A DNA stretch of 51,797 nucleotides from positions 1 through 51,797 of the forward strand of contig JAYWGL010000009.1 of NCBI GenBank assembly GCA_043778275.1. Reading direction: 5' to 3'. Shown one piece after another: positions 44,374 to 51,797 of this stretch (its first letter is position 1; each line of letters opens with the position of its first letter). The DNA is from Minisyncoccota bacterium (GTDB taxonomy: Bacteria > Patescibacteriota > JACMRA01). The translations under genes were made by a program, and so were the position numbers. The notes beneath the pieces were generated by a model, which was not told where the DNA came from, did no database searches, and saw only the letters and a list, made by a program, of their open reading frames with translations.

Positions 44374-44548
44374 TTACTTCTTTGAGTTCATTCAATACAG
44401 CTGTGTTAGAAATAGTGGCTGTGATTGATTCTCTAGTAAGCATTGTCAATTCTTTTTGTAGTCTTGCTATCTCCGAATAGAGATATACAGCAACTACTCC
44501 TGCTACTGCAAGAATAGGAAATTGGCTTGTTATATGTTCCCAGTTCAT
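44351..44548 (-). CDS. small single-pass membrane protein (holin/spanin-like)
   Basis: 65 aa with TM FPILAVAGVVAVYLY followed by a coiled-coil-like tail. Confidence 0.4.
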   Translation of the reverse strand: MNWEHITSQFPILAVAGVVAVYLYSEIARLQKELTMLTRESITATISNTAVLNELKEVIEKITNK

Positions 44549-44805
44549 ACTATTGTTTTTATTAATGTAATTAATTCTTGTTGGTTTTTCTTTTGGTAAA
44601 ATTCAAGGTGATTAATCTTAGCTATAAGTAGAAGGTGATTGACTCCTCCGTCCTCTTTGTGATAGATCCTGTAGCTATGAGCTAAAAACAGTCCTAGCAC
44701 GACAAACCAGCCCCAATTTTCAGTCGTATAATACAGATAGCTAAGTGTGAGCAGTAAACCAAGGCTACGATAGCTAATATAGAGTAGGAACTTGAGCATA
44801 AGCAA
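44545..44805 (-). CDS. small two-pass membrane protein (holin-like)
   Basis: 86 aa with two hydrophobic helices and a charged tail. Confidence 0.4.
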   Translation of the reverse strand: MLMLKFLLYISYRSLGLLLTLSYLYYTTENWGWFVVLGLFLAHSYRIYHKEDGGVNHLLLIAKINHLEFYQKKNQQELITLIKTIV

Positions 44806-44950
44806 CTTGGAAATACATTATCGCCCCTGTAATGGCAATGATGGCGAGTATCCAGAATACACCGCCCCACGGGCTGGTTTCGTCAAATAATATGTTTTTG
44901 TTTTTATCTTCAGGTAATGCAGTTTGTTTTGGTAAAGTTATATTAGTCAT
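44774..44950 (-). CDS. small single-pass membrane protein (58 aa; below the ORF-track cutoff)
   Basis: Hand translation gives MTNITLPKQTALPEDKNKNILFDETSPWGGVFWILAIIAITGAIMYFQVAYAQVPTLY*. The ATG lies 4 nt after the CHAP gene stop. Confidence 0.4.
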   Translation of the reverse strand: MTNITLPKQTALPEDKNKNILFDETSPWGGVFWILAIIAITGAIMYFQVAYAQVPTLY

Positions 44951-44953
44951 AAT

Positions 44954-46072
44954 TTATTTTTTGTTTTCAATAAGATTAATAATTTCCCTAGCAAGCCTCA
45001 CAAAAGTTGTTAATCCTGCTAGGATACCAATAAGCCACGGGTTTTCTGAGGCAAATTGTGGGTTAGATTGAATAATCCCAAGAACTAGACTAATGTTAGT
45101 AACTATACTTGATATTGAGCCAACTGATAGTTGCCCTGTTATTCCTTTCACCCAATCAAAAGACATTGGTTTGGAGTTAAGAATCTCACCTTGTTTTTCA
45201 ATGATCCCTTGTTTGTTTTTTATTTTCCCAAGCAAGTCTTCAATGCTAACAGCTTGATTTTCAACCCTATTTTTGCACTCACTGTGAGATTCTTGGCTAT
45301 TTTTTAGGTCAATCTCTAATTTGTGGATAATTGAGTTTTTTTGCCTTACTAACTCTTCAGCTTTTGACTTACCCTCCAAGTTGGCTATGTTTTCACTGGT
45401 GAGGTAATTATTATCTGTCCTAAACCTTGCAAAGTCGCCACGGATACCTGCATTATTGCCAATTATATCTTTGAGGTTCCCTTGATTGATGTCGCGGATA
45501 ATATCTGATCGAGTAGCCTCGTCAAACTCTAGTCTAAAATTAGTGTAGTCAATAAGATCTTGCTTAGTTTCATTGGTTTGAAACTTTTGAGGGGTTAGTT
45601 TTTCATCCTCTAGTAGTATCCTAAGCCAGCCTTGGACGCCCGCATAGTTAGCGTAAGTTGATTTTTTTGTTACATCATCTTGACCTTCTCCATCTCCGTT
45701 TCCAGTGTTTTGCTCTAGCACGGTAAAGTTATCCGTATTACCTTCAATCACAATTGCAATATGTCCGTAGCCTCCGCCCATTGAGCTATCCCAAACAATA
45801 ATATCACCAGCATTAGGGACTTGATTTGGGTCATTGAAGTCATTAGCTATTTTTTCATACCTTGTAGCAGAATTAAAAAATCCTTCTGGGTTTTCAAAGA
45901 TTTCAGCGGCGGCTCCAAGATGGACTCCTTGATTAGGATTTAACCCTGTAATTTCTAATCGATATTGATTGGCTAGGTCAACACATTGATGTCCATAGTA
46001 ATTATCAAAGTCAACGGCTTTGTTTTCGTATTTTTGAATAAATTGATTTAAAAAGTTTTGAATTTTAGTCAT
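44954..46072 (-). CDS. CHAP-domain peptidoglycan hydrolase with coiled-coil and C-terminal hydrophobic segments
   Basis: YYGHQCVDLANQY supplies the catalytic Cys and GGGYGHIAIV the His, giving a CHAP signature. The C-terminal segments are GSISSIVTNISLVLGII and PWLIGILAGLTTFV. Confidence 0.7.
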   Translation of the reverse strand: MTKIQNFLNQFIQKYENKAVDFDNYYGHQCVDLANQYRLEITGLNPNQGVHLGAAAEIFENPEGFFNSATRYEKIANDFNDPNQVPNAGDIIVWDSSMGGGYGHIAIVIEGNTDNFTVLEQNTGNGDGEGQDDVTKKSTYANYAGVQGWLRILLEDEKLTPQKFQTNETKQDLIDYTNFRLEFDEATRSDIIRDINQGNLKDIIGNNAGIRGDFARFRTDNNYLTSENIANLEGKSKAEELVRQKNSIIHKLEIDLKNSQESHSECKNRVENQAVSIEDLLGKIKNKQGIIEKQGEILNSKPMSFDWVKGITGQLSVGSISSIVTNISLVLGIIQSNPQFASENPWLIGILAGLTTFVRLAREIINLIENKK

Positions 46073-46076
46073 ATTT

Positions 46077-47210
46077 TTAAGCTAAATTATATTTATTTTT
46101 AAGCCAGCCATAAACCTGCTGGCGTTCAAAGTCTGTCAATATTCTACTATATGAGATTATCTCATAGATTCCTGCACTAAGGTTCCCATCTCCAGCCCTA
46201 ATTCCGACTACAAAATTACCTGTTGGTAATGCTGAGGCAATAACTAAAGCGGGCTGTAGTACATTGTTTAAATGAACCTTATAAGTTCCAGCTGTGTAAT
46301 CCATTGTAAAGACTGCAAGATTGGACGCGTTGAAATTACCTGTCAAACCTCCTGATACAAGATTTTCATTAGCCCAAAAATTAGAGTTTCGCTGTATTGG
46401 TTTGTTAAATCCGCTTGTGGAATAGAGTGACCCTTGGTCTCCAGTTCGCCCTGAATAGACAAAGAAGTGAGTATGTTCAGCGTTGAGGGCTAGGGTCGAA
46501 GTCATTGACCCCTCAAAGACAATCGCCTTTTGGTTGTTGAGTAGTGGGCGACTGGCACTTGTTAGACTTACTAGTTTAGGTCTTAACGATGGAGATGATT
46601 GGGTTAAATGATTATTGCCACCGCTGAGATCTGTTAGCTGGCTTACTGTCGCCACGGTGAGGCTTACATTATCAAACCAAAGGGTTGGGTTGGTTGACAT
46701 TGGGTCGCTTGTTCTAAGGAATATACTACCGTTAGATGTAGTAGTAGCAGTAAAAATTTGTGTGAATCTTGTTTTAGTAGTAGTCACTGGAATTCCAGGA
46801 ATATCAAGATTCATTGACCCTGCACCTAAATAAATGTTCATCACACTAGGGTTTAACCCTCTTAAATCAAAGCTAAGAGTGTAAACCGCACCTGCTATCA
46901 TTCTCACCCCTGTTGTAAAACCTGATTGGACATAAGTACCCATCAAGTCAACCTTGAGTTCTCCAGCGTCGAGAGTTAAAATTGGATTAGTTGCAGTACC
47001 TCCATTGACATATGGACTGTAGCCACCAAATGAACTGGTAAAATCTCCAGCAGGAAGATCTGATTGTTGGGCTGATACAACATTGTCTGAGTTGTGCCAG
47101 CGGATTAATCCAGTAAGTGCAGTTGGTGGTAGAAACTTCACATCATCCCACCTTCTGATAATTTTTTTCATCAGTGGGATTGGTAGCGGATAGCCTCTTT
47201 GTGGTTTCAT
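46077..47210 (-). CDS. phage carbohydrate-binding (CBM-like) + LamG-like two-domain protein
   Basis: AGAVYTLSFDLRG...LWFDNVSL is CBM-like. LTDLSGGNNHLTQ ... GIYEIISYSRILTDFERQQVYGWLKNKY is LamG-like. Confidence 0.45.
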   Translation of the reverse strand: MKPQRGYPLPIPLMKKIIRRWDDVKFLPPTALTGLIRWHNSDNVVSAQQSDLPAGDFTSSFGGYSPYVNGGTATNPILTLDAGELKVDLMGTYVQSGFTTGVRMIAGAVYTLSFDLRGLNPSVMNIYLGAGSMNLDIPGIPVTTTKTRFTQIFTATTTSNGSIFLRTSDPMSTNPTLWFDNVSLTVATVSQLTDLSGGNNHLTQSSPSLRPKLVSLTSASRPLLNNQKAIVFEGSMTSTLALNAEHTHFFVYSGRTGDQGSLYSTSGFNKPIQRNSNFWANENLVSGGLTGNFNASNLAVFTMDYTAGTYKVHLNNVLQPALVIASALPTGNFVVGIRAGDGNLSAGIYEIISYSRILTDFERQQVYGWLKNKYNLA

Positions 47211-47239
47211 AATACCTAGATAGTAGTTGACTTGGTGTG

Positions 47240-47256
47240 TTTCGGTAAGTTCCGAA
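47240..47256 (-). repeat. conserved phage hairpin motif, copy 3
   Basis: Same 17-mer core, abutting the TAG stop of the wHTH gene. It lies 29 nt before the ATG at 47210. Confidence 0.85.
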
Positions 47257-47538
47257 CTACACTGATAAGATTTCTACCATTACCTCGTAATTCATCTGAG
47301 CCAAACCTTTAGCTACTATTTGCCGCCCTCTTGGGGTGAGAATTAGACTATTTGTTGAAACTAACAACCCCATTTCAACTAATTTAGTCTTTTTATCAGA
47401 GATCGTTGCATTAGCAAGGTTTAGAATTTGGGACATATCTGTTGACATCTTGATTCCAAAGAACACGTTAGTCATCATTACTAGATCAGATAATATCAAA
47501 ACTTGGTGAGTTGAGTTTTTTTCTATTTTATTGGACAT
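47257..47538 (-). CDS. small winged-helix-like putative DNA-binding protein
   Basis: 93 aa. ...MSQILNLANATISDKKTKLVEMGLLVS...LTPRGRQ resembles a MarR/wHTH recognition region. Weak call. Confidence 0.35.
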   Translation of the reverse strand: MSNKIEKNSTHQVLILSDLVMMTNVFFGIKMSTDMSQILNLANATISDKKTKLVEMGLLVSTNSLILTPRGRQIVAKGLAQMNYEVMVEILSV

Positions 47539-47558
47539 ATTTTATTATTTTTGAGTCT

Positions 47559-48947
47559 TTATGAGATGAAGATTATATCTGTATCAGGCTGTGCAAGTTC
47601 TATTGCATACCGAATAATGAAACAGTCACCAAAGTCTGGTGAGCGTCCTAGTTTCTCTTTTTGTTTCTCTTTTGGTATAATTTGTTGCTTACCGTCGTTA
47701 TCAACCTTGTAAGCCTCGTAACTGTCTAAATCATTAATTAACCTATCTTTTTGATCCGCAGTAAGATTTGCGGATACTCTGATTTGGTTATTGTTGATAA
47801 TGGTTTGGAGTCCAAAAGCACATTGAGCTTTTAAGTTCTGATAGTTTAGCTTTGGTTTTAGGCTTTTCTCTTCCCAGCCTCGGTTATCAATTGGACTTGA
47901 GTTGGCTGAAAAGCCTCTATACCCTCCAAAATCTTCAACACCAGCTCCTAACCCGTCCGAATCGCCAATGACTTGGCTTTTTGGTATTCTGTGCTGTTCT
48001 CTTAGCTTTTCGACCGTTTCTACTACAAAGGTTAGATCTGATCTGAGGATTTCTTGGACTTGCACCAATTCCCATCCATACCATACGCTAATTACTGTTG
48101 AGTCTTTACCAAATCTAGCTATATCAAGGACTATATATTTTTTACTTTTTTGATTAGAGTCAATAAAATTGCTAAACATATTCAAGATACAGTCGTAGTT
48201 GTATAGTCTTAGCTCTGAATCATCGTAATCAAAGTTTCCGTACAATAGTCTTTCAATTTGGATTTTGTTATTGGTTTTTAGGATGGATTTTGAATAACTT
48301 TCATAATCCACGTGCGGATTATCTTTTGCAAGGCTTACAATGAACTTTTGGTCTTGTATAATTTTACCTTGCTTGATAAGGGGGTCATAGTAGTCTCGAT
48401 ATATCCAATTTCGCTTTGGGTTACAAGTGTAAAGAGCTTTTGGTTTGAACTCCCAACCTGGACCAGTGGTCAATGATAGGCGACCCTTAAGGGTGTCGAC
48501 TGCCATCTTGACGACTTTTTGGGCTTCATCAATCCAAAATCCAGTCAACGAATAGGACCCTAACCGATCAAAGTTTGGATCTGTTGGAAGGTTAGCTAAT
48601 TCTGATAAATAAATAATCGACCCGTTCCAGAACTGGACAATCATATCTTGTTGATTAATTGTGTATAGCCTTTTATAGTCGGTCGGTCTAATTTGCTTAA
48701 GGTTTGTATCCATCACCGTGATGAGGTCGGGTAATGTAGTTCGCCTTAAGTGTTTTAACTCCTCAAAACCAATTAACCATTTGCTTTGCGGGTATGTGAT
48801 ACACATATGAACTATCCAAGTACACCCTAAGTGAGATTTACCACCTCGAGCACCTCCGCCATACATTACTTCGCCTTGCCACTCTTCGTCGACAAGTAGA
48901 TTATATGCCTTAATTTGCTTCTCAAATAAATTAATTTTAATTTCCAT
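47559..48947 (-). CDS. terL: phage terminase large subunit
   Basis: Walker A GGGARGGKSHLG and Walker B GFWIDEAQ. The C-terminal nuclease-like blocks are VLDIARFGKDSTV and IGDSDGLG. 462 aa. Confidence 0.85.
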   Translation of the reverse strand: MEIKINLFEKQIKAYNLLVDEEWQGEVMYGGGARGGKSHLGCTWIVHMCITYPQSKWLIGFEELKHLRRTTLPDLITVMDTNLKQIRPTDYKRLYTINQQDMIVQFWNGSIIYLSELANLPTDPNFDRLGSYSLTGFWIDEAQKVVKMAVDTLKGRLSLTTGPGWEFKPKALYTCNPKRNWIYRDYYDPLIKQGKIIQDQKFIVSLAKDNPHVDYESYSKSILKTNNKIQIERLLYGNFDYDDSELRLYNYDCILNMFSNFIDSNQKSKKYIVLDIARFGKDSTVISVWYGWELVQVQEILRSDLTFVVETVEKLREQHRIPKSQVIGDSDGLGAGVEDFGGYRGFSANSSPIDNRGWEEKSLKPKLNYQNLKAQCAFGLQTIINNNQIRVSANLTADQKDRLINDLDSYEAYKVDNDGKQQIIPKEKQKEKLGRSPDFGDCFIIRYAIELAQPDTDIIFIS

Positions 48948-48962
48948 ATAGTTAACGATTTT

Positions 48963-49053
48963 ATCAACAAAACTAGCCGTCTAATTTTATATATAATAAG
49001 TAAATAAATTAATACTACTTGTTATATTGTGTAAATTAGCTAGTTTTGTTGAT
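48963..49053. repeat. perfect 15-bp inverted repeat (ATCAACAAAACTAGC / GCTAGTTTTGTTGAT) flanking a 61-nt AT-rich spacer
   Basis: Arms at 48963-48977 and 49039-49053, inside the 158-nt gap between the terS-like and terL genes. Confidence 0.85.
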
Positions 49054-49105
49054 TTAGATGTACTTTGTCTTTTATTCTACTATGCGTATAAAGATAATTA
49101 TACGA

Positions 49106-49600
49106 CTATATCTTTTTTGAGTCTTGATTGACGATTATTTTGGTTATGACAACAGGAAGATCCCCACCATCTTTACCTGTCAATTCTTGACGAGCAATTT
49201 TTGGTGTAAAATACTCACTTGCTTGCAATACTAACTTGAAAGCTTCAAGCGGATTGGTTTGACCTATCTCATCTAGCCATTTTTTTAGATCCTCTTGCCT
49301 TCCTTCGCAGAGCGACTGGTAAAATTGCCTCATTTCTTGAGTGACCTTGTTGGGAGTACCTTTTTGCCGACCAATACCTAAAGCTCTTCCTGTAATTTTT
49401 CTTTTTTTTGCTACTATAGGAATTGTTTGAGTATCTAATACCTCACCAAAAAAAGTTTCCTCGGTGTTTTTTGACTTTTTGCTGATTCTATGGTTAGTAG
49501 TTTTTGATTTTTTCTGCTCAATATTTGCCACCATTCCAGGATATAATTTATCCAGTTTAGACTTTTCGTCTTGGTAGTTCTTTTTTAGATCATCATACAT
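49106..49600 (-). CDS. putative terminase small subunit
   Basis: 164 aa immediately upstream of terL. GRQKGTPNKVTQEM...NPLEAFKLVLQASEYFTPKIARQELTG resembles a GRPKG.KNK-type small terminase class. Confidence 0.4.
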   Translation of the reverse strand: MYDDLKKNYQDEKSKLDKLYPGMVANIEQKKSKTTNHRISKKSKNTEETFFGEVLDTQTIPIVAKKRKITGRALGIGRQKGTPNKVTQEMRQFYQSLCEGRQEDLKKWLDEIGQTNPLEAFKLVLQASEYFTPKIARQELTGKDGGDLPVVITKIIVNQDSKKI

Positions 49601-49602
49601 AG

Positions 49603-49872
49603 TTAGATTTCCTTAAGTTTTAAAGTCGTTATTTTTAATTTTTCATTCCTCTTTTTATTCGGAGTTTGCAAAGGGTGATGATAAGACATTATCCGTCTAA
49701 TCTTCCTTGAGATGGCGTCTTGAGTGTATTGGGTTAGCAAATACTCAAGCATTACCTGATCGGCAAGCCCCCAGAATTCATAGTCCTTTCTTGCGGGTAT
49801 TTCTTGTTTGTTTTCTTGGTTGTAGCTTTCTATGCTTTGTTTTTTTCCAGTGAACATAATTTTTATAGGCAA
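49603..49872 (-). CDS. phage hypothetical protein
   Basis: 89-aa ORF in a tightly packed same-strand array. Confidence 0.4.
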   Translation of the reverse strand: MPIKIMFTGKKQSIESYNQENKQEIPARKDYEFWGLADQVMLEYLLTQYTQDAISRKIRRIMSYHHPLQTPNKKRNEKLKITTLKLKEI

Positions 49873-50156
49873 ATTAATTTTTTAGCAGTCTCTACAAACT
49901 CTTTGTAGTTGTTTTTTTGTTCCTCTGTCTCATAATAGAAATAGGGGGTGTAAGTTAATCCCTCACAGTGAGTGTGAGTCCTAACCCCTGGGGGAAGGGT
50001 AGTTTGGCTAATTATACTTCTGAAGCAGGAAGCCGAGACTTCTATATCATCGATTAGATGATAGAAGTCACGATGTTCTATCTCGTTTAGTTTCTGATCT
50101 AGTTCATCAGATTTTATAAATTTTAGATTTTTTGTTGATTTATTTTTTGTGTTCAT
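49863..50156 (-). CDS. phage hypothetical protein
   Basis: 97-aa ORF overlapping its neighbour by 10 nt. Confidence 0.4.
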   Translation of the reverse strand: MNTKNKSTKNLKFIKSDELDQKLNEIEHRDFYHLIDDIEVSASCFRSIISQTTLPPGVRTHTHCEGLTYTPYFYYETEEQKNNYKEFVETAKKLICL

Positions 50157-50169
50157 AAAGGCAAATTTT

Positions 50170-50442
50170 TTATTTGAATGCTACTTTTAAGTATTCAATT
50201 TTTTCTTGTGGTGAATAAGTATTGCCAAGCACCCAATTTATGCAATTAATATCAATTTTGTATCTTTCTTGAGTTGATCTCAAGTTTTTTATTTCTTCTT
50301 CTAACAACCTGATATATATCAGGGTTTCGTGAGGGTTTGCTTTGATAGCAGTAACCTCTAGCTCCTCAGCTTCTTTTATTTTTTGGAGCTGTTTTATTTG
50401 TTCCAAAAGTTGGCTGGTGGTTTCTGTGTTTTGGTTAGGCAT
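50170..50442 (-). CDS. phage hypothetical protein (coiled-coil)
   Basis: 90-aa ORF. Confidence 0.4.
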   Translation of the reverse strand: MPNQNTETTSQLLEQIKQLQKIKEAEELEVTAIKANPHETLIYIRLLEEEIKNLRSTQERYKIDINCINWVLGNTYSPQEKIEYLKVAFK

Positions 50443-50472
50443 ATTTTAGGTTTTTTTGGAGTTCATAGTTAT

Positions 50473-50718
50473 TTAAAAAATTATATTAATTTGATAAAAA
50501 TTACCAAACAATTGTGAGGGGTTTGGACTTTGATATTTCTTTTTTTTAATATTTTTTATCAATGCTATGTAGTAATCGTTTCTTTTTTTTTCTTCTATTT
50601 CTTTTTCTTTAGGGGTATAGAAAAGAATTTCTGGCAAATTTTCTATTGCTACAAGCAATAGGGAGTCTGTTGTTATTTTGTCAAAAATTTCTTTTGTTAG
50701 TTCTTTTTGCTCTGTCAT
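50473..50718 (-). CDS. phage hypothetical protein
   Basis: 81-aa ORF. Confidence 0.35.
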   Translation of the reverse strand: MTEQKELTKEIFDKITTDSLLLVAIENLPEILFYTPKEKEIEEKKRNDYYIALIKNIKKKKYQSPNPSQLFGNFYQINIIF

Positions 50719-50820
50719 ATTTTAACGGGTTTTTGGTTTTTTTGATGGTTTCACATTCTTGTGGAGTTAGATTGAGTGGTCACAAATTGTGAGCAGTTGG
50801 TTTCTAAGTTTGGTTGATGG

Positions 50821-51519
50821 TTAACAATTAGCAAAATTAGTTTCTATTGATTTGGTTGCCATTCTGTAGTCCACGCTTGAGTAAATCTCAAGTACATTAT
50901 CTGGACCGCATAAGCCCATTATTCGACTAATTAAAGCCTTGCTATATCCAAGCTCTTCTAGAGCGGATAAGTTAAAGTTGGTTGTAATAACCGTTTGTCG
51001 TTGGTTATCGTATCTTGCATCAAGTAAATTGTAGAGCTTTTCAGCTCGGAAGTCTGAGAGTTTTTCCTTTCCTAAATCGTCAATAATTAGGAGGGGCATT
51101 TCACACCATCTTTGAAAGATTGCCTTAGCTTCTTCGGATGATTTCATACCGAAGGCATCATTAATACAGGCAATTAATTGATCCATAGGTACAAAGTTGA
51201 CTTTACCTAGATACTTATTGTCTTCCCATTGGTAGGTGTAAGCTCCTTGACCGTTTGAATAATCTTCAAACTTCTTGTTTTGGTACTGAGCAAATTGACT
51301 TAACCACTCTTTGGCAATGTGGATGGCAATTGCTGTTTTACCTCGTCCAGGTAGTCCTTTTAGGAAGTAGCTTTGTCTTGGGTTGATTTTGACTTCTTTG
51401 ACTTTATCGTCAGATTTTGTGGTTACCGATTCCAGGTTAATTGGATAATTGTAGCTGGCTTGATTGATTAGGCTAAGACTGGATTTGAAGTCTTGTTTTC
51501 TGTCTGTGTAGTGAGGCAT
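50821..51519 (-). CDS. DnaC/IstB-like AAA+ helicase loader (phage replication module)
   Basis: Walker A GLPGRGKTAIAI, Walker B LLIIDDLGKE, sensor TVITTNF. Confidence 0.75.
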   Translation of the reverse strand: MPHYTDRKQDFKSSLSLINQASYNYPINLESVTTKSDDKVKEVKINPRQSYFLKGLPGRGKTAIAIHIAKEWLSQFAQYQNKKFEDYSNGQGAYTYQWEDNKYLGKVNFVPMDQLIACINDAFGMKSSEEAKAIFQRWCEMPLLIIDDLGKEKLSDFRAEKLYNLLDARYDNQRQTVITTNFNLSALEELGYSKALISRIMGLCGPDNVLEIYSSVDYRMATKSIETNFANC

Positions 51520-51546
51520 AGAAATATATTTGTTTGATTAGAATGG

Positions 51547-51795
51547 TTAAAAGTTTGCGTATTCTGATATTTGATTTGTGTTTTGGATTTCTTTTTGGGC
51601 TTGGGTTTGGTATTTTGCAAATGGTCTATTTGCGGGTTTTGTTTGATTGACTAGGTAATCTGTGTACCATTCGAGCTTCAAACTTTGCCAGCCTTTGCCA
51701 GTGATTTCCGACTCAATGCCTTTGTCTAAAAGCCAGTTTTGACCGTTTAAATTGGCTTGAAGTAATTGGTTAATGGCTAGGGTAAAGGCTTCTTG
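51547..51795 (-). CDS. phage replication-module protein, C-terminal part (5' end outside the window)
   Basis: The hand-translated open frame runs from the window edge: QEAFTLAINQLLQANLNGQNWLLDKGIESEITGKGWQSLKLEWYTDYLVNQ...EYANF*. The TAA stop is at 51547-49. Confidence 0.4.
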   Translation of the reverse strand, partial: QEAFTLAINQLLQANLNGQNWLLDKGIESEITGKGWQSLKLEWYTDYLVNQTKPANRPFAKYQTQAQKEIQNTNQISEYANF

Positions 51796-51797
51796 AG

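Larger units (their letters stand above)
30771..51797 (-). mobile_element. siphovirus-like prophage (left end near 30.7 kb; right end beyond the window)
   Basis: A contiguous, same-strand, tightly packed block. It runs from a DnaC-like loader through terS-like, terL, portal-MuF, scaffold, capsid, connectors, major tail, G/GT chaperones and TP901-type tape measure to a 1063-aa tail fibre. Confidence 0.8.

Noticed and set aside
465-48153. Short ORFs in the supplied track that lie antisense to, or nested in, much longer ORFs. Examples: 465-653, 1789-2127, 3556-3768, 4143-4529, 5382-5588, 6002-6268, 6653-6997, 8205-8393, 8478-8663, 11249-11440, 12144-12389, 12380-12613, 12560-12742, 13614-13796, 14577-14816, 16249-16434, 17383-17661, 23493-23705, 23805-24212, 25523-25773, 26989-27195, 28295-28507, 29293-29493, 33550-33765, 36028-36273, 36941-37129, 39650-39976, 43595-43843, 44832-45071, 46615-46833, 47902-48153.
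   Set aside because: Each is a shadow of a longer ORF with recognisable motifs or clear genomic context. They have odd composition (Cys/Trp/Arg-rich or low complexity) and no independent signals.
1-51797. CRISPR arrays, cas genes, or a diversity-generating retroelement near the tail fibre.
   Set aside because: No regularly spaced direct repeats were seen anywhere. No reverse-transcriptase motif (YxDD) ORF and no template/variable repeat pair are visible around 30771-33962.

Overview
Low-GC window that resembles a small-genome, CPR/Patescibacteria-like bacterium. That placement is inference only, from an insertion-bearing TrmD, an unlinked 5S rRNA, many orphan envelope proteins and weak or absent Shine-Dalgarno sites. 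TGA and TAG both terminate good ORFs, so the standard code 11 applies. All family calls come from motif recognition by eye, and no database search was run.

The left ~30.7 kb is chromosomal. It carries an IS30-type transposase tail, tRNA-Pro(UGG), a 1498-aa proline-rich surface protein, trmD, a stand-alone 5S rRNA unit, and dnaB followed 4 nt later by an SF2 helicase gene. It also carries two secreted proteins with xRTG sorting-signal-like tails, a Mur-ligase central domain only, HU, mscL, dnaA, a single-chain Type IIG-like restriction-modification enzyme, an orphan solute-binding protein, clpC and a TraD/VirD4-like ATPase. A gltX catalytic half ends at one in-frame TAG and runs in the same frame into a DUF559 endonuclease ORF.

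The right >=21 kb (30771 to the window edge, all minus strand) is a siphovirus-like prophage. Its order is DnaC-like loader, small ORFs, terS-like, terL, an inserted wHTH/CBM-LamG/CHAP/small-membrane-protein cassette, portal-MuF fusion, scaffold, capsid, connectors, major tail, a G/GT chaperone pair, tape measure and a large tail fibre.

Main second-look items:
- A 17-nt hairpin motif repeated three times, each overlapping a stop codon ahead of phage late genes.
- A -35/N17/-10/N8/ATG geometry at five chromosomal genes, predicting leaderless mRNAs.
- The gltX-TAG-DUF559 locus and the GC-rich structured element inside it.
- The unusual placement and architecture of the phage lysis cassette.
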